A stretch of DNA of 64,000 bases, taken from positions 1 through 64,000 of the forward strand of contig DKAT01000009.1 in assembly GCA_002450905.1 (NCBI GenBank), written 5' to 3'. Origin of the DNA: Spirochaetia bacterium UBA6919. Its GTDB lineage: Bacteria > Spirochaetota > UBA6919. The notes under the pieces were generated by a model. That model was not told the origin of the DNA, did no database searches, and was given only the letters and a program-made list of their open reading frames with translations. Below are positions 47,063-58,986 of the stretch, one piece after another (positions within the stretch are counted from its first letter, which is position 1; each line of letters begins with the position of its first letter). Both the position numbers and the translations under genes were made by a program.

Positions 47063-48286
47063 CTAAAAATGATGGTGTAAGCTTTCCTCTAAGAGAGGGT
47101 GATTTTTTGGTATAAGAGACGCTCTGCTCAGTGTGAAAGCGAAGATTAGGATAAATAATCCGGCATATCCTAAGGTTATTCCAATTTCTGCGATACCAAA
47201 TTTGACTGGGTTGGGTGCTAAATCATAGGTTGAATTAGATGGGAAGACCATTAAATAATAATCTAACCAGTGTCCTACAAGGACAAGTACCGCCATGGAA
47301 GTGAGAATTTTTACATTACGTTTGGCATTTCTCATCATGAGGACTACAAAAGGGATTACCCAGTTGATAATAGGGTTGATGATAAATAATATAGTATAAC
47401 TTGAGCTATAATATTTCATTGCTCCCGATGGGTCTTTGATGTATCCAACAGTTCGGTTTAAAAAATATCCTGTTTCTTCGGGCATGTTTGCGTACCAAAT
47501 GAGCATAAATTGGAAGAACCAGATATAGACCCAGAATGTACTGAATCCGAATAGGAATTTACCCAGATCATGGAGATGATTCTCATTGATGTGTTTTAAA
47601 TATCCCTGCTGCTTTAGGAATACTGTAATAAGAATTGTGACAGCGACGCCTTGAACGAAGACTCCTGCAAATCCATAGACTCCAAACATGGTGCTAAACC
47701 AATGGGATTCTAAGGACATCATCCAATCGAAACTACCAAAGGATATTGTTATCGCGAACAAAACTAAAAATATAGCTGAATTGCGACGATTATTCATGTA
47801 ATATTTAATGTTAGCATCATTATCTTCTTTTATCGATGAACTTCTCATTAACCACCAGAAGAATATCCAAATACCAAAGATAAGAATAATTCGTACGAGA
47901 AAGAATGGCTTGTTAAGATATCCAGCTTTCTTTGATACACTGAGAGGATCATGAGCCCAGTGATAGAGAGAATCCATTCCACCACCGAAGAATAAAAATA
48001 ACATCAATAGAGCAGCGATAGGTAGGAAAGCTCCAAAGGCTTCAGGTATTCTTTTTAGTCCAGCAGACCATCCGGCATTTGAAGCGTATTGGATTGCGAT
48101 GAAGAATGTTCCTCCAATTGCAATTCCAGTGAAGTAAAAATTATTCAATAAGATATTTTCCCAAAATCGTTTATGATGTGCTTCAGGATAGGAGAAGAAG
48201 GCAAAGAGTGCAGCACCTACACCTATAACAACAAGAATTGCACTAATTAACATTGTTTTTGAATCTAATGAATATTTCTCATTCAC
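47063..48286 (-). CDS. actF: Alternative complex III subunit ActF (NrfD-like membrane subunit).
   Basis: The 407-aa ORF has about 10 TM helices and is a paralog of ActC. It is the last gene of the act operon. Confidence 0.7.
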   Translation of the reverse strand: MNEKYSLDSKTMLISAILVVIGVGAALFAFFSYPEAHHKRFWENILLNNFYFTGIAIGGTFFIAIQYASNAGWSAGLKRIPEAFGAFLPIAALLMLFLFFGGGMDSLYHWAHDPLSVSKKAGYLNKPFFLVRIILIFGIWIFFWWLMRSSSIKEDNDANIKYYMNNRRNSAIFLVLFAITISFGSFDWMMSLESHWFSTMFGVYGFAGVFVQGVAVTILITVFLKQQGYLKHINENHLHDLGKFLFGFSTFWVYIWFFQFMLIWYANMPEETGYFLNRTVGYIKDPSGAMKYYSSSYTILFIINPIINWVIPFVVLMMRNAKRNVKILTSMAVLVLVGHWLDYYLMVFPSNSTYDLAPNPVKFGIAEIGITLGYAGLFILIFAFTLSRASLIPKNHPLLEESLHHHF

Positions 48287-48369
48287 AGTATTACCCCGAA
48301 AAATGTACTTTATTTAAAATTTATGATCGTAAATTATTCTATAAATACTTTATATAGTAAAATCTTTTA

Positions 48370-49074
48370 TTAACGATTCATCTTTTGATTGCCCACAGGA
48401 TTTTTATCTAGTTTTTTTATTTCTTTCTTATTATCAGCTTGCTTATTATCTTTTTTTTGTTCTTTAGGTAGCTCTCCACCACCTTCTCTTAAAGACATAA
48501 GGTAATGAACAATTTTCCACCGGTCAAGTCTAGATATTTGGTTTGAATATGACGGCATCGCTGCGGCTGAACCCATAGTAATAGTGTAATATATCTTTCC
48601 TGCAGGGAATATAAACATATTTTTATTTCCCTGTTCCACTGCTGATTTAAAACCCTTATCATAGAGGGTACTTGTTTTCCCCTTTGGATTGCCATGACAG
48701 GGATAGCAATAGATATTAAATTGTCGTTCCCCTCGTGCAATAGCATCTTTTGAATGAGGGACTGGATTAGTTAATTCTTTTCCGGCCTTATCACCATCAG
48801 TATTTTTAAGTGTTACATCATTTCCTGTTCTTATAGGAAAGAAATCCAGAGTATATCCTCTTGGAATAGTTCCATAAGGTGGTTCCTGAGATGTTTTACC
48901 ATCAGCGAAGATGGGGTTCCTATCATAAGCTTCGAATACGACGGCATGTTTGCTATCATCCCCTGTATGAGCCATGTCCGGGAATATTTCAAGACCTTTT
49001 TGCTTTTTTGTAGTTGTACAAGCAAATGTATAAATAATAGCAAATAGTATAATTAGATAATTATATTTAGGCAT
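48370..49074 (-). CDS. actE: Alternative complex III subunit ActE, a monoheme cytochrome c lipoprotein.
   Basis: It has lipobox TFAC and a single CYPCH haem-binding motif. It is 234 aa. Confidence 0.75.
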   Translation of the reverse strand: MPKYNYLIILFAIIYTFACTTTKKQKGLEIFPDMAHTGDDSKHAVVFEAYDRNPIFADGKTSQEPPYGTIPRGYTLDFFPIRTGNDVTLKNTDGDKAGKELTNPVPHSKDAIARGERQFNIYCYPCHGNPKGKTSTLYDKGFKSAVEQGNKNMFIFPAGKIYYTITMGSAAAMPSYSNQISRLDRWKIVHYLMSLREGGGELPKEQKKDNKQADNKKEIKKLDKNPVGNQKMNR

Positions 49075-49076
49075 GT

Positions 49077-49607
49077 TTAAACCTCTTTCTCATTAACTTC
49101 AACAGCCCCTTTCTCTCTGAGATGTCCATCCAACTCTCCGCTGTTCATTGGGGATTTTTCCAAATCGATGGCCACTACAAAACGATCATTAGTAGCTCTC
49201 TCGTCAAAGACAAATACTTCAGGTGTTGGGAATAATTTACTTCTATAAAGAAATGCAGCAACCATACTCAGTGCACCGGATAACACCATGATTTCAAATG
49301 TTACTGGTATAAAGGCTGGTAGGGCGAATGCAGGTTTACCTCCGATGATGTTTGGCCAGTCAATAAATGTAAATCTCTGAAAAAATAATGCAAAACAAAC
49401 ACCGCAAAATCCCACTGCAAAGGCAATGATAGGTAGTCGAGATGGTTTTAAACCGATAGCATCATCAACTCCATGTACTGGATAGGGTAAAAATACGTCG
49501 TGAACTTTGACATTTTTATCCTTAAGAGATTTTAACGCCTCTAGGAGTGATTTTTCATTATCAAATAAGCCAATCTTATATTTCTTAGCCATGAAATTCT
49601 CCAACAA
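49077..49607 (-). CDS. actD: Alternative complex III subunit ActD (DUF3341 membrane protein).
   Basis: It is 176 aa with two TM helices. It is abutted by actE and actC, with stop and start adjacent. Confidence 0.7.
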   Translation of the reverse strand: MLENFMAKKYKIGLFDNEKSLLEALKSLKDKNVKVHDVFLPYPVHGVDDAIGLKPSRLPIIAFAVGFCGVCFALFFQRFTFIDWPNIIGGKPAFALPAFIPVTFEIMVLSGALSMVAAFLYRSKLFPTPEVFVFDERATNDRFVVAIDLEKSPMNSGELDGHLREKGAVEVNEKEV

Positions 49608-50963
49608 TTATTTCTTTAGTGCTTTGCCAGCAAGATCTTTTACTTCAGCAATAGCAATATATGGTCCCACACGGATAAACAACAGAAATAAGGTAAGGAA
49701 TAGTCCAAAGGAACCTATTAATTCAGCAATTTCAACCCAACTTGGTGAGTAGTATCCCCATGATGATGGTAGATGTGCTCTATGCAGGGATGTTACGACA
49801 ATTACAAATCGTTCAAACCACATTCCTATATTGACAAATATTGTTATTACAAATAATGCAGGAATACTTGTTCTGATTTTTTTAAACCAAAATAATTGAG
49901 GACTTATTACGTTACAGGTTACCATAATCCAGTATGACCAGGCATAGGGTCCAAAAGCTCTGTTGATGAAGGCATATTGTTCGAATATGTTACTAGAATA
50001 CCATGCAATAAAGAATTCTGTACTATAAGCGACTCCAACTAAAGATCCAGTAAGGATGATAATTTTTGCCATCTGTTCAAAGTGATATAGAGTGATGTAT
50101 TTCTCAAAGTCGAAAATCTTTCTCATGATGATCATGAGGGTCATCACCATAGCGAAACCAGAGAATATGGCACCAGCAACGAAATATGGCGGAAAGATTG
50201 TTGTATGCCAACCAGGTAACACAGATGTAGCAAAGTCAGTACTAACGATAGAGTGTACAGATAATACCAGAGGAGCTGCAAGACCAGCTAAAACAAGACT
50301 GACAGATTCATGACGTGACCATGATCTTGCTGATCCTGTCCAGCGGAAACTAAATAGACCGTATACGATTTTTTTAACCCGTGTTTTAGCACTATCACGG
50401 AGGGTTGCGAAATCTGGAATCATTCCTATATACCAGAAAACAAGGGATACTGTGAAGTATGTACTGATCGCAAAGACGTCCCAGAGGAGAGGTGAATTAA
50501 AATTAACCCACAGATTTCTGCTATTTGGAAAATAAGGAAGAAACCATAATGCAAACCATGGTCTACCCAAGTGAATAATAGGGAATATACCAGCACAGAT
50601 AACTGCAAAAATAGTCATTGTTTCTGCGGCCCGATTGATTGAGTTTCTCCATTTTTGACGGAATAACAAGAGGATAGCGGAAATAAAAGTACCAGCGTGA
50701 CCGATACCAATCCAGAACACGAAATTAACAATAGCAAATGCCCAACTTACAGGGTTATTATTACCCCATGTACCAATACCTGTCATTATTTGATAAGTTA
50801 CAGCTACGATACCAAGTATCAGGGCAGCCACTGAAGGGAAGAATAAACCATACCATAATGCTTTGGGCTTGGAGTTTAAAGGTGTTGATACAGCGTCTGT
50901 TACCTCACCGAGGCTCTTGACATTCCGTACTAATGGCTCTCTAATCGCTGATAATGCTTCCAT
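49608..50963 (-). CDS. actC: Alternative complex III subunit ActC, the NrfD/PsrC-like quinol-interacting membrane subunit.
   Basis: The 451-aa ORF is a polytopic membrane protein. It follows the actB Fe-S/molybdopterin-like gene. Confidence 0.8.
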   Translation of the reverse strand: MEALSAIREPLVRNVKSLGEVTDAVSTPLNSKPKALWYGLFFPSVAALILGIVAVTYQIMTGIGTWGNNNPVSWAFAIVNFVFWIGIGHAGTFISAILLLFRQKWRNSINRAAETMTIFAVICAGIFPIIHLGRPWFALWFLPYFPNSRNLWVNFNSPLLWDVFAISTYFTVSLVFWYIGMIPDFATLRDSAKTRVKKIVYGLFSFRWTGSARSWSRHESVSLVLAGLAAPLVLSVHSIVSTDFATSVLPGWHTTIFPPYFVAGAIFSGFAMVMTLMIIMRKIFDFEKYITLYHFEQMAKIIILTGSLVGVAYSTEFFIAWYSSNIFEQYAFINRAFGPYAWSYWIMVTCNVISPQLFWFKKIRTSIPALFVITIFVNIGMWFERFVIVVTSLHRAHLPSSWGYYSPSWVEIAELIGSFGLFLTLFLLFIRVGPYIAIAEVKDLAGKALKK

Positions 50964-50982
50964 TATAATTTCCTTTTTAAGA

Positions 50983-53900
50983 TTAACCTTTATTATTTCT
51001 TATTTTAGTTAAATATGCCACAGAAGGAAGTGTCTTGAATTCCTCTATGACATGATACTTTCTTTCATTCTTAAATAATTTTGATATTCTACTATTGGGA
51101 TCTTTTAAGTTACCAAAGACAATGGCATTTCCAGGGCAAGATTGTTCACATGCCATTTTTATATCACCATCAGCCAACTTAATTCCTTTCATTTTAGCAT
51201 TTAATTTGGCTTCCTGGATTCTTTGGATACACATAGAGCATTTTTCCATAACTCCACGGCTTCGGACAACGACATCAGGATTGAGTGTCAATTTACCGAC
51301 GGGATTGTTCATATGATAGTCATATTTATTATTATTTGCAAATTCAAACCAATTAAATCGGCGAACCTTGTATGGACAGTTGTTTGCACAATATCTTGTT
51401 CCCACACATCGATTATAAGCCTGTTGGTTAAGACCATCAATAGAATGAGTTGTAGCTAGGACAGGGCATACTGTTTCACAAGGTGCATTATCACAGTGCT
51501 GACACATCATTGGCTGGTGAGTAACCTCTGGATTTTCTGATGGATTTGTAGGGTCTCCGCTATAGTATCTATCGATTCTTATCCATTGCATATCTCTTCG
51601 CATGAGGATTTGTTCTTTTCCAACAACAGCAACGTTATTTTCAGCATTACAACTCACAACACAAGCACTACAACCAGTACACGAATTGAGATCTATGGAC
51701 ATACCCCACGAATATTCAGAGCCTACTCTTTCGGGGCGGTCTTCCCAGAGTGTAATTAACTTATGATGAGATTCATTTCCAGATTTCTTATTGACCTTGT
51801 ATTTATCAAGAGTTGTTTCCATAACAATTGGTCTTGGCTCTTTAAAGAATGGATCACTTATGGAATGATAAGTCTGGGTTTGGGCAATTTTATATGATTC
51901 ACCAGTGGCTTTAGCAGTTACCCAGCGATTATAGATTAGAGTATTATTACTTGTCAAGACTACAGGGAAAAGATTTTGACCGATATTATTTCCTACTTTT
52001 CCAATATTTTTATGACCATAACCAAGAGCAGCTACAATTGTACCATAGGCAATTCCAGGCTGGATGACTACTGGGAGTTTTACGGGATATGTGCCTATTT
52101 GGATATTAATTATATCGCCCTGCTTCCATCCTTCTGCCTTTGCGTATTGAGGAGATACACCGGCGTAATTATCCCAAGTCACTTTGGAAATGGGGTCTGG
52201 GAGTTCTTGCAACCATGGATTATTTGAGTGTTTTCCGTCGCGCATCTGTATACTTTCATAGATTAGTAGATCGGTTCCTGGATTTGCAGGTTTCAAATTA
52301 TTTTTGATGTTATTTAAATTATCATTAAACTTATAATCATTTGATTTTTCGGGATTTATTTTTATAATACCATCGTGTACAGCCTTTTCCCAAGAAATAT
52401 TTACTTTAGCTAATTTTGTATTAAAATGGTTTTTAATGTAATCATAATAAGTATTTTTCTGACCCATCCATTTCAGAAGGCTATCCTGACCAGATCTTGA
52501 ATTAAAAATTGGTCTTACAGCAGGTTGCATTATATGAAAATATCCCTTTGTGGGTTCCAATAAATCCCATGATTCGAGAAAATGAGTTGAAGGACAGACG
52601 TATTTTGTAAGGGATGCGGTCTCATCGAATCTTTCTGAAATGGCAATTGAGAATTTTAGCTGGCTAATTTTCTCTGCTGGAGGGAAATTTGGAAAGTCAT
52701 AAACAGGATTTACATTATAGAAGATAACTCCTTTTATATTACCTGAGAAAATATTTTTTGCAAGATCCATCATCTGACTGTCACTGCCCTGTTTCTGATT
52801 CGAGTAGTTATCCAGGTCAATGGTTTTACCGTAGTTTCCGAGCAGGCTATTGATGGCATTTGTAATTAGCTGAGCATTTGTATCATTTGAACCACAAAGG
52901 ACAACTGATCTACCTCCACGCTTACTCCAAAGCTCATTGGCAGTATTACGAATTGCGGTTTCGAGATTTATTTTACCAGTGGATTTACTTAATTGAGGAA
53001 GACCATCATAAGTCTTTCTACCTGAGAGTTTTAATAATTCATTATAGAGATTAAATAGTGATAGATTCTCTTCTGATGGCTTTACAGGGTATCTGGTATC
53101 TGCATTTGTTCCTGTGAGAGAGAAATTAGCTTCAAACTGTATAAGTCGTGACATGTTGTTTTTAGTAGACAATTCCTTATTATTTCGCTTTGACACATAT
53201 TGTCGGGTGAATCGTACAGGAGAAATCCATGTTCCAAGGAAGTCTGCGGAAAAACTAACAATGAGTTCAGCCTGATCCAGCTTATAATTTGGGATAACTG
53301 CTTTTTTGAATGACTTTTCATTTGCGGAAATGATACCGGAATAGGAGACCGCATCGTACATAACGTGTTTTGCTTTGAACATCTTAACAAAATCATCTAT
53401 AATTTGTTTTGTAGCGGGACTAACAATCGTTGGTGTTACAATTGCGATGGAACCAGAATCTTTGAGTTCATTGATGTCGTTAATAATTTGCTGATCAATT
53501 TCATCCCATATAAATATATCGTGTTTATTTGCTATTGGGTTTCTAAGTCGAGCGTCATCATATAAATTAAGAAGAGATGCCTGACCTACGGCACAGACAC
53601 CACCCTGGGATAATTCAGATAAGTTGTTACCTTCAATTTTAATAGGTCTTCCCTCTCTTGTTTTAATAATGATAGAACAAGATGCAGTACATCCTGCACA
53701 GGCTGATGCATACCAATTTGCTACTCCAGGGGTTACCTCTTCTGCTTTATTAACATAGGGTACAGCTCTTTTTACCGGAGTTTTGGTACAGGCAGCGAGG
53801 AATGCGGCAGAGCCTATTCCAACACCCATCTTTTTAAAGAAGTCTCGACGAGATGTACCGTTGTCTGATTGGTCTAATAATTGACCGAGGGGTAATTCAT

Positions 53901-53991
53901 CATAGAATTCGTTTTCAGCATGTTTTAAGAATTCAGGATCTTTGTTTAATTCTTCTAATCCTTGCCAGTATTGTTTTTGATTATTTTCCAT
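50983..53991 (-). CDS. actB: Alternative complex III subunit ActB. It is a Tat-exported fusion of a molybdopterin-oxidoreductase-like domain (no cofactor expected) and a 4Fe-4S ferredoxin domain.
   Basis: The twin-arginine signal is [21 protein letters not shown]. It is 1002 aa. C-terminal Cys clusters are [20 protein letters not shown] and [13 protein letters not shown]. Confidence 0.85.
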   Translation of the reverse strand: MENNQKQYWQGLEELNKDPEFLKHAENEFYDELPLGQLLDQSDNGTSRRDFFKKMGVGIGSAAFLAACTKTPVKRAVPYVNKAEEVTPGVANWYASACAGCTASCSIIIKTREGRPIKIEGNNLSELSQGGVCAVGQASLLNLYDDARLRNPIANKHDIFIWDEIDQQIINDINELKDSGSIAIVTPTIVSPATKQIIDDFVKMFKAKHVMYDAVSYSGIISANEKSFKKAVIPNYKLDQAELIVSFSADFLGTWISPVRFTRQYVSKRNNKELSTKNNMSRLIQFEANFSLTGTNADTRYPVKPSEENLSLFNLYNELLKLSGRKTYDGLPQLSKSTGKINLETAIRNTANELWSKRGGRSVVLCGSNDTNAQLITNAINSLLGNYGKTIDLDNYSNQKQGSDSQMMDLAKNIFSGNIKGVIFYNVNPVYDFPNFPPAEKISQLKFSIAISERFDETASLTKYVCPSTHFLESWDLLEPTKGYFHIMQPAVRPIFNSRSGQDSLLKWMGQKNTYYDYIKNHFNTKLAKVNISWEKAVHDGIIKINPEKSNDYKFNDNLNNIKNNLKPANPGTDLLIYESIQMRDGKHSNNPWLQELPDPISKVTWDNYAGVSPQYAKAEGWKQGDIINIQIGTYPVKLPVVIQPGIAYGTIVAALGYGHKNIGKVGNNIGQNLFPVVLTSNNTLIYNRWVTAKATGESYKIAQTQTYHSISDPFFKEPRPIVMETTLDKYKVNKKSGNESHHKLITLWEDRPERVGSEYSWGMSIDLNSCTGCSACVVSCNAENNVAVVGKEQILMRRDMQWIRIDRYYSGDPTNPSENPEVTHQPMMCQHCDNAPCETVCPVLATTHSIDGLNQQAYNRCVGTRYCANNCPYKVRRFNWFEFANNNKYDYHMNNPVGKLTLNPDVVVRSRGVMEKCSMCIQRIQEAKLNAKMKGIKLADGDIKMACEQSCPGNAIVFGNLKDPNSRISKLFKNERKYHVIEEFKTLPSVAYLTKIRNNKG

Positions 53992-54012
53992 ATATAAGTT
54001 CCTTGAGTCAAA

Positions 54013-54885
54013 TTATTGATGACATCTTGCACAGTCTTGTCCACCCATCTGAGCGACTGTTTTTTTAGGATTACCGGGTGATTTTGATTTTCTATGACAA
54101 TCTATACACCATCCCATGGTAAGGGGCTGTTCCTGTCGTACTTTCTCCATCTTCCAGACTTCACCATGACATTGTTTACAAGTCTGACGTCTGTCTTCTT
54201 CTGTCTTGACTTCCCTTCCGAGAATGGATTTTCCACCCACAACGAAGTGTTGAGCATGATTAAAATAGACATGGTCAGGGAGATTATGAATTTTAATCCA
54301 AGAAATAGAAGTACCGAGATTATAGGCGTCATGGATCATTTGAATATTTTTTTCTGATTGCTGGGTACGATTTTGCATTTTAACAGGGTATTGATATTTT
54401 TTGTATTCTTCAGCAGATAAGCCAGCTAAGAATTTATTGATTTCATTTAGGATTAGTTGTGCATTCTGCTTGCTTTTAGGATCTTTTAATTTTTTTAGTT
54501 TTCGCCATTCTTCTACTTTTTTATCAATATTTTTGTATTTGTCTCTGATTTTCTGGTATTCTTTTAAGGGGATATTAAAAAGTTCTTTTGAGAGTGCATC
54601 GGATTCTGCACGGGTAGTAATTGTTTTATGACAATTCATACATACGCTGACAGGGGGAATACCAGCATGTTTACTTTTTTCAGCACCAAAATGGCAATAT
54701 AGACAAGATATTTTAAGATCTCCTGCGTGGAGCTTATGAGAATAACTAATGGGCTGATCGGGTTCAAATCCCTTATGGTTACCCAAGTTATATACTTCGT
54801 AGAATGTTAAAGATATGACGATGAGAATAATTATTGCGGAAAATAATACAAAAATTCCCCATTTAGCGTTTAAACTACTTTTCAT
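54013..54885 (-). CDS. actA: Alternative complex III subunit ActA, a pentahaem cytochrome c.
   Basis: It has an N-terminal TM anchor and five CxxCH motifs (CLYCH, CMNCH, CKQCH, CIDCH, CARCH). It is 290 aa. Confidence 0.8.
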   Translation of the reverse strand: MKSSLNAKWGIFVLFSAIIILIVISLTFYEVYNLGNHKGFEPDQPISYSHKLHAGDLKISCLYCHFGAEKSKHAGIPPVSVCMNCHKTITTRAESDALSKELFNIPLKEYQKIRDKYKNIDKKVEEWRKLKKLKDPKSKQNAQLILNEINKFLAGLSAEEYKKYQYPVKMQNRTQQSEKNIQMIHDAYNLGTSISWIKIHNLPDHVYFNHAQHFVVGGKSILGREVKTEEDRRQTCKQCHGEVWKMEKVRQEQPLTMGWCIDCHRKSKSPGNPKKTVAQMGGQDCARCHQ

Positions 54886-55350
54886 GGTACTGCCTTATCA
54901 AAAAATCTTTATAATTTTCACATCCTGATTGAATGTGAGGTTAATCTTATTGATTTGAGGGTAGTTAGTATTCTAACATATATATTTAAATGATAATAAG
55001 CTACAATGGATAAATGTGCCTATTTTTTAGAGCATGAATTTAAAGAATATTGCAAAAAATGTCAAGAAAATATGTATAATTTTTTTTATGTATCTGGTAT
55101 TTCGTATTTGGTGGAAAGTATTATCAATAGATGATTTTAAGAAGAGTAACTTTCTATTTTGTTAATTTTCAGATTATTATATTATTAAAAAAAAATCTCA
55201 ATATTTTTAACTGAGTAATTGGAAATTGATATTTAGAAAATATATTTTGAGAAGTTGGGATATTTATCTAATAAGGTTTATATATATAATTTAAAAAAAA
55301 TATGAAAATATGGGTTGTTATCCATGAGATTTTTTTTTGTGATTAATCCA

Positions 55351-56475
55351 TTAAAATAACATGAGTTTCTGAAGGTTCCATGATCCAGAAATTTTGTCTA
55401 CTTCCCTTCCATCGACGTCTTCTATGGATGCTTCTATTGTTGTTGATTTGGCATGTCCTTTCACACTTCCCTGTATTCTGAAGTAATCCATGAAGGGTCT
55501 GTTTTTCTCTGGTTTCTCGAGTCTTAGGAAGAATGCGAAGGTGCCGTTTTCTAAATTATCCTTTTCTGATAAACCATAGGTGACGGATCCAGTGATATCT
55601 CCGATCTTTTTTTCTTTGTCATTATGCAAATTTAAATTAAAACTGAGGTTAATTCTTTTTCCAATCTTCCTTCCAGTGACTTTACCAGTCAGGTTTCCTA
55701 TGTTGTTGATCTTTTGGTTAATCTTATATTCATAGAAACGACCTGTGGACTGGGGTGTGATTTCGCCATTAAGATTTATTTTTAGTGAGAATCCGCTTGA
55801 GAGATTGAATTGAATGTCTGAATCATTGAGTACCGTGGCATCATTGTATTTTCTTTCAATGTATTTATAGGGAAGTTCATTATAAATGATTTTACGTCGC
55901 CAGTAGGGTCGGATTGCCTTATCATAGAGTTTTGGGTTGTGGGGGTCTAGATTTTCCTCGAAGAATTCCCAGCTTACGAGAGATTTTGGGTAGGCATATT
56001 GTAATAGAGAGCGGTTTAAGTATGCAAGGAGCTTATTTCCCTTTTTTAGATTGAGTTTAAGTAGTTTTTGAGTTTGCTGGTCTAGATTGATATCCTCGAA
56101 TCGTTCTTTGGTGTAAAGGCTTTCTTGAGAGATAATTTTATTCAGATCTTTTATGAGAGATTCTTCCAATGATTTTATCAAGGATTCGGGTGGATTTTTT
56201 TTGGATTGATATTCCTTTATAAGTTGTTTTGTTTCATCAGAAAGGTTTTTAGTGATAAGTGCAGTTAGATTTTCTGGTTTGCCCTTATTTGTAATTGTTT
56301 GAGCAAACTCTTTAATATCTTTGATATCACCTTCCATGAATTCCGGTCGTTCTTTTCGAGGGGAATAGAGGTATAGGGTATCCTTGTCATCCTTATTTTT
56401 GTTGGTATAATAATCTACAGCATATACACTGACTGCTGAGAAGAGGATTATGCAAAACAAGATCATTTTTTTCAT
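55351..56475 (-). CDS. Hypothetical secreted protein with short G/K-rich internal repeats.
   Basis: It has a signal peptide and repeats IGNLTGKVTGRKIGKRINLSF and IGDITGSVTYGLS. No known domain is assignable. Confidence 0.4.
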   Translation of the reverse strand: MKKMILFCIILFSAVSVYAVDYYTNKNKDDKDTLYLYSPRKERPEFMEGDIKDIKEFAQTITNKGKPENLTALITKNLSDETKQLIKEYQSKKNPPESLIKSLEESLIKDLNKIISQESLYTKERFEDINLDQQTQKLLKLNLKKGNKLLAYLNRSLLQYAYPKSLVSWEFFEENLDPHNPKLYDKAIRPYWRRKIIYNELPYKYIERKYNDATVLNDSDIQFNLSSGFSLKINLNGEITPQSTGRFYEYKINQKINNIGNLTGKVTGRKIGKRINLSFNLNLHNDKEKKIGDITGSVTYGLSEKDNLENGTFAFFLRLEKPEKNRPFMDYFRIQGSVKGHAKSTTIEASIEDVDGREVDKISGSWNLQKLMLF

Positions 56476-56536
56476 GATAAAAACTCCAATTCATAAAGAA
56501 ATGTCGAATTGTTCAGGAAAAATTATAATAGTTCTT

Positions 56537-58828
56537 TTATTTTTTTTGGGTATTTTTATTTTTCTTTGGTGTAAATACTTTTATTATGATATTTTTATTG
56601 TCTTCCCGGACAAGGGTTAATATTTTTTTCTTGAGTTTATCTCGGTATTCAGGGGAATTTCTTTTAAAAAACCCTTTCAGATATTCCTCTACATCTTTTG
56701 GTGAGTCTTTTAGTATTTCTACAAGAGTTTTTATATACTTATCTTCAGTGATTCCCAGTGTAATAAGAGATAAGATTATAACAGTTCGTATTTTTGTTTT
56801 TCTATTATAACGAAACATAGATGTTAACGTCGGGATGGCTTTTTTATCGCCGAGATAACCTAGAGATTCAATGGCAGCCAGACTGATATCTTGATCCAGT
56901 GACTCAGCCAATTCTCTTAGATTATTTGAGACTTTTCTGACTTGGATTTTACCAATCGAATAGATAGCTTCAATATGGAGTTGCTTATTCATTTTCTTTG
57001 ATTTGAATACGATGTACTGTAATAGTGAAAGGGCCTTTTTATACTTAATAATACCAATCACCTTTATTATTTCTGTCTGTATTTTTGTAGGATTCTCTTT
57101 CATTATATCGATTAGAAATTTAAAATCCTTTATTTTCTTTTTGAAATGAGGTATTGAAGAGATAGCCGATAGTTTTATTTCTTCCTTTGGGGATTTAAAC
57201 AAATTATAAAGTTGTTTTATATTAGCTAATGCAATAATAATTTTTGAAAATGGAGGATATTTTGTTGGATCTTTTATTTTCTTATTTATTGTTCGATTAT
57301 TATTTTTGTGAATTGGCAATGATAATAATTTATCTCTAGTTTTATTATTCTTACTCGGTTTCTTATCGGTCTTACTCTGTATTTTATCATTATTAGTCTG
57401 GATCTTCCCATTCATATTGTTTGTTTTTTTATATACTTCGTTAATATAAAAGTCATGCAGACTATCAAAGGCTTTCTTATCTGCAATTCTAATAAGAGAT
57501 CTCACAGCATAGATCTTTAAAGGTTTTGATATTTTATCCTTATTAAGGAGATTTATAAGAGGGATAACAGCAGTATTTGATTTTAGTTTTCCTAAACTAA
57601 TAATAGATTTTCTTACCACACTATATCTGGAATCATTTAATAGAGGGATTATACCCATTGATGCTTTCTTATAACTCCACCTGGAATAAAGATCCATTAC
57701 ACGAATAATTATTTTTGAGGACTTATCCTTAAGAAGTTTGTATAAATTAGGGGCTATTGTCTTATCATCTATTTTATCCACCACAAGAAGAGCAACCTGC
57801 CGTATGTAAACTGATTTGTCATAGAGTGTGATTAATACAGTATTTGGTATTTTCTTTTCTCCAAGACGATATAAAGACCATAAGCCCTGAACCCTTACCC
57901 AGTCAACTTCTTTCAAAAAATCATTGCTATAGATATAAGGTCGACTTGTCTTGACATTCATTTGGGTTAGCGACCAGAGTAATCCTATTTTTAGATATGG
58001 AGAATTGATATTCCTTTTCCGATAAAGTAGATCCAAAAAGAATTGTGCTATACGATAATCTTTTAAATGTCCTATAGCTAATGCTGATGCTTCTTGAATG
58101 TAGGGATTCTTCTTTTGAATTACAGATAGAATAACTGGAGTCCATCGTTTCTCTTCAAACTTGCTAAGAGACCAAACAGCAATACTTTGATTGTTTATAT
58201 ACTGATTATTCGGTGCTTTATTCTTAATTTCTTTAATTAGATAGGGAATACCATCATCAATACGCATTTCTCCAATGATCCACAAAGCCCAAAATCTCTC
58301 AAACTCACTTGAGTCCTTTGAATTTAAAATACTAAATACAAGTTTCTCCCTTAAAACATAGCGTAGAGGGTTCTTTTTATAGTACCCAACCCGTCGTCCC
58401 CTAGCCTCCTCATTCTCAATAAAAGATTTATATTGTTTCTCATAGCCAAGATGTTTCAATATATAAATAGGATTCCTTCTGAACCATTGATCCAAATGAC
58501 CCAAAAAACTTTTGTCCAGATCGGCTAAAACAAATCTTCTATAATTATCTAAAATACTTTGAGCCTTCTTTTGGACGTCTTTATTTTCATCAAACAGTAA
58601 TCGGATAAGTAATAGAGCTCCATCGGGTATCTCATATTCGTCCAGTTCCTCGATAATATCTATCTTGTCATCCTCATCCCCTTTTTCAATCAACGAGTCG
58701 TATTGAGCAAGATTAATCCTATCTTTAGACTTCTTACGTTCCAAATTTTCTTTTCTAACAGGGTTCCCACAGGATATAATAAATATTAATGGTATAACAT
58801 ATAGGTACTTAAAATTAAATTGAATCAA
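56537..58828 (-). CDS. HEAT/PBS-lyase-repeat lipoprotein.
   Basis: It has lipobox ISCG and multiple HEAT-like repeats such as DVQKKAQSIL..., RQVALLVVDKIDDK and ISLAAIESLGYLGDKKAIPTL. It is 763 aa. Confidence 0.55.
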   Translation of the reverse strand: MIQFNFKYLYVIPLIFIISCGNPVRKENLERKKSKDRINLAQYDSLIEKGDEDDKIDIIEELDEYEIPDGALLLIRLLFDENKDVQKKAQSILDNYRRFVLADLDKSFLGHLDQWFRRNPIYILKHLGYEKQYKSFIENEEARGRRVGYYKKNPLRYVLREKLVFSILNSKDSSEFERFWALWIIGEMRIDDGIPYLIKEIKNKAPNNQYINNQSIAVWSLSKFEEKRWTPVILSVIQKKNPYIQEASALAIGHLKDYRIAQFFLDLLYRKRNINSPYLKIGLLWSLTQMNVKTSRPYIYSNDFLKEVDWVRVQGLWSLYRLGEKKIPNTVLITLYDKSVYIRQVALLVVDKIDDKTIAPNLYKLLKDKSSKIIIRVMDLYSRWSYKKASMGIIPLLNDSRYSVVRKSIISLGKLKSNTAVIPLINLLNKDKISKPLKIYAVRSLIRIADKKAFDSLHDFYINEVYKKTNNMNGKIQTNNDKIQSKTDKKPSKNNKTRDKLLSLPIHKNNNRTINKKIKDPTKYPPFSKIIIALANIKQLYNLFKSPKEEIKLSAISSIPHFKKKIKDFKFLIDIMKENPTKIQTEIIKVIGIIKYKKALSLLQYIVFKSKKMNKQLHIEAIYSIGKIQVRKVSNNLRELAESLDQDISLAAIESLGYLGDKKAIPTLTSMFRYNRKTKIRTVIILSLITLGITEDKYIKTLVEILKDSPKDVEEYLKGFFKRNSPEYRDKLKKKILTLVREDNKNIIIKVFTPKKNKNTQKK

Positions 58829-58986
58829 AATAAATAATCCTTCAAAATTATAATATCTAAATCTTAATATTTTATAAAATTAATACAATTAATAAAAAAT
58901 ATTAAACAAATATTATTAATAAAATTCAAATATTTCTATTTAAAATCTCTTATATTGTACATCAAATTTAAAGAGGAGTATAACCA

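Noticed and set aside
54886-55000. FNR/CRP-like palindrome upstream of actA (ttcaatcaggatgtgaa and atcaataagattaac).
   Set aside because: Spacing and half-sites do not match the TTGAT-N4-ATCAA consensus. In a 70% AT region such partial palindromes are expected by chance.
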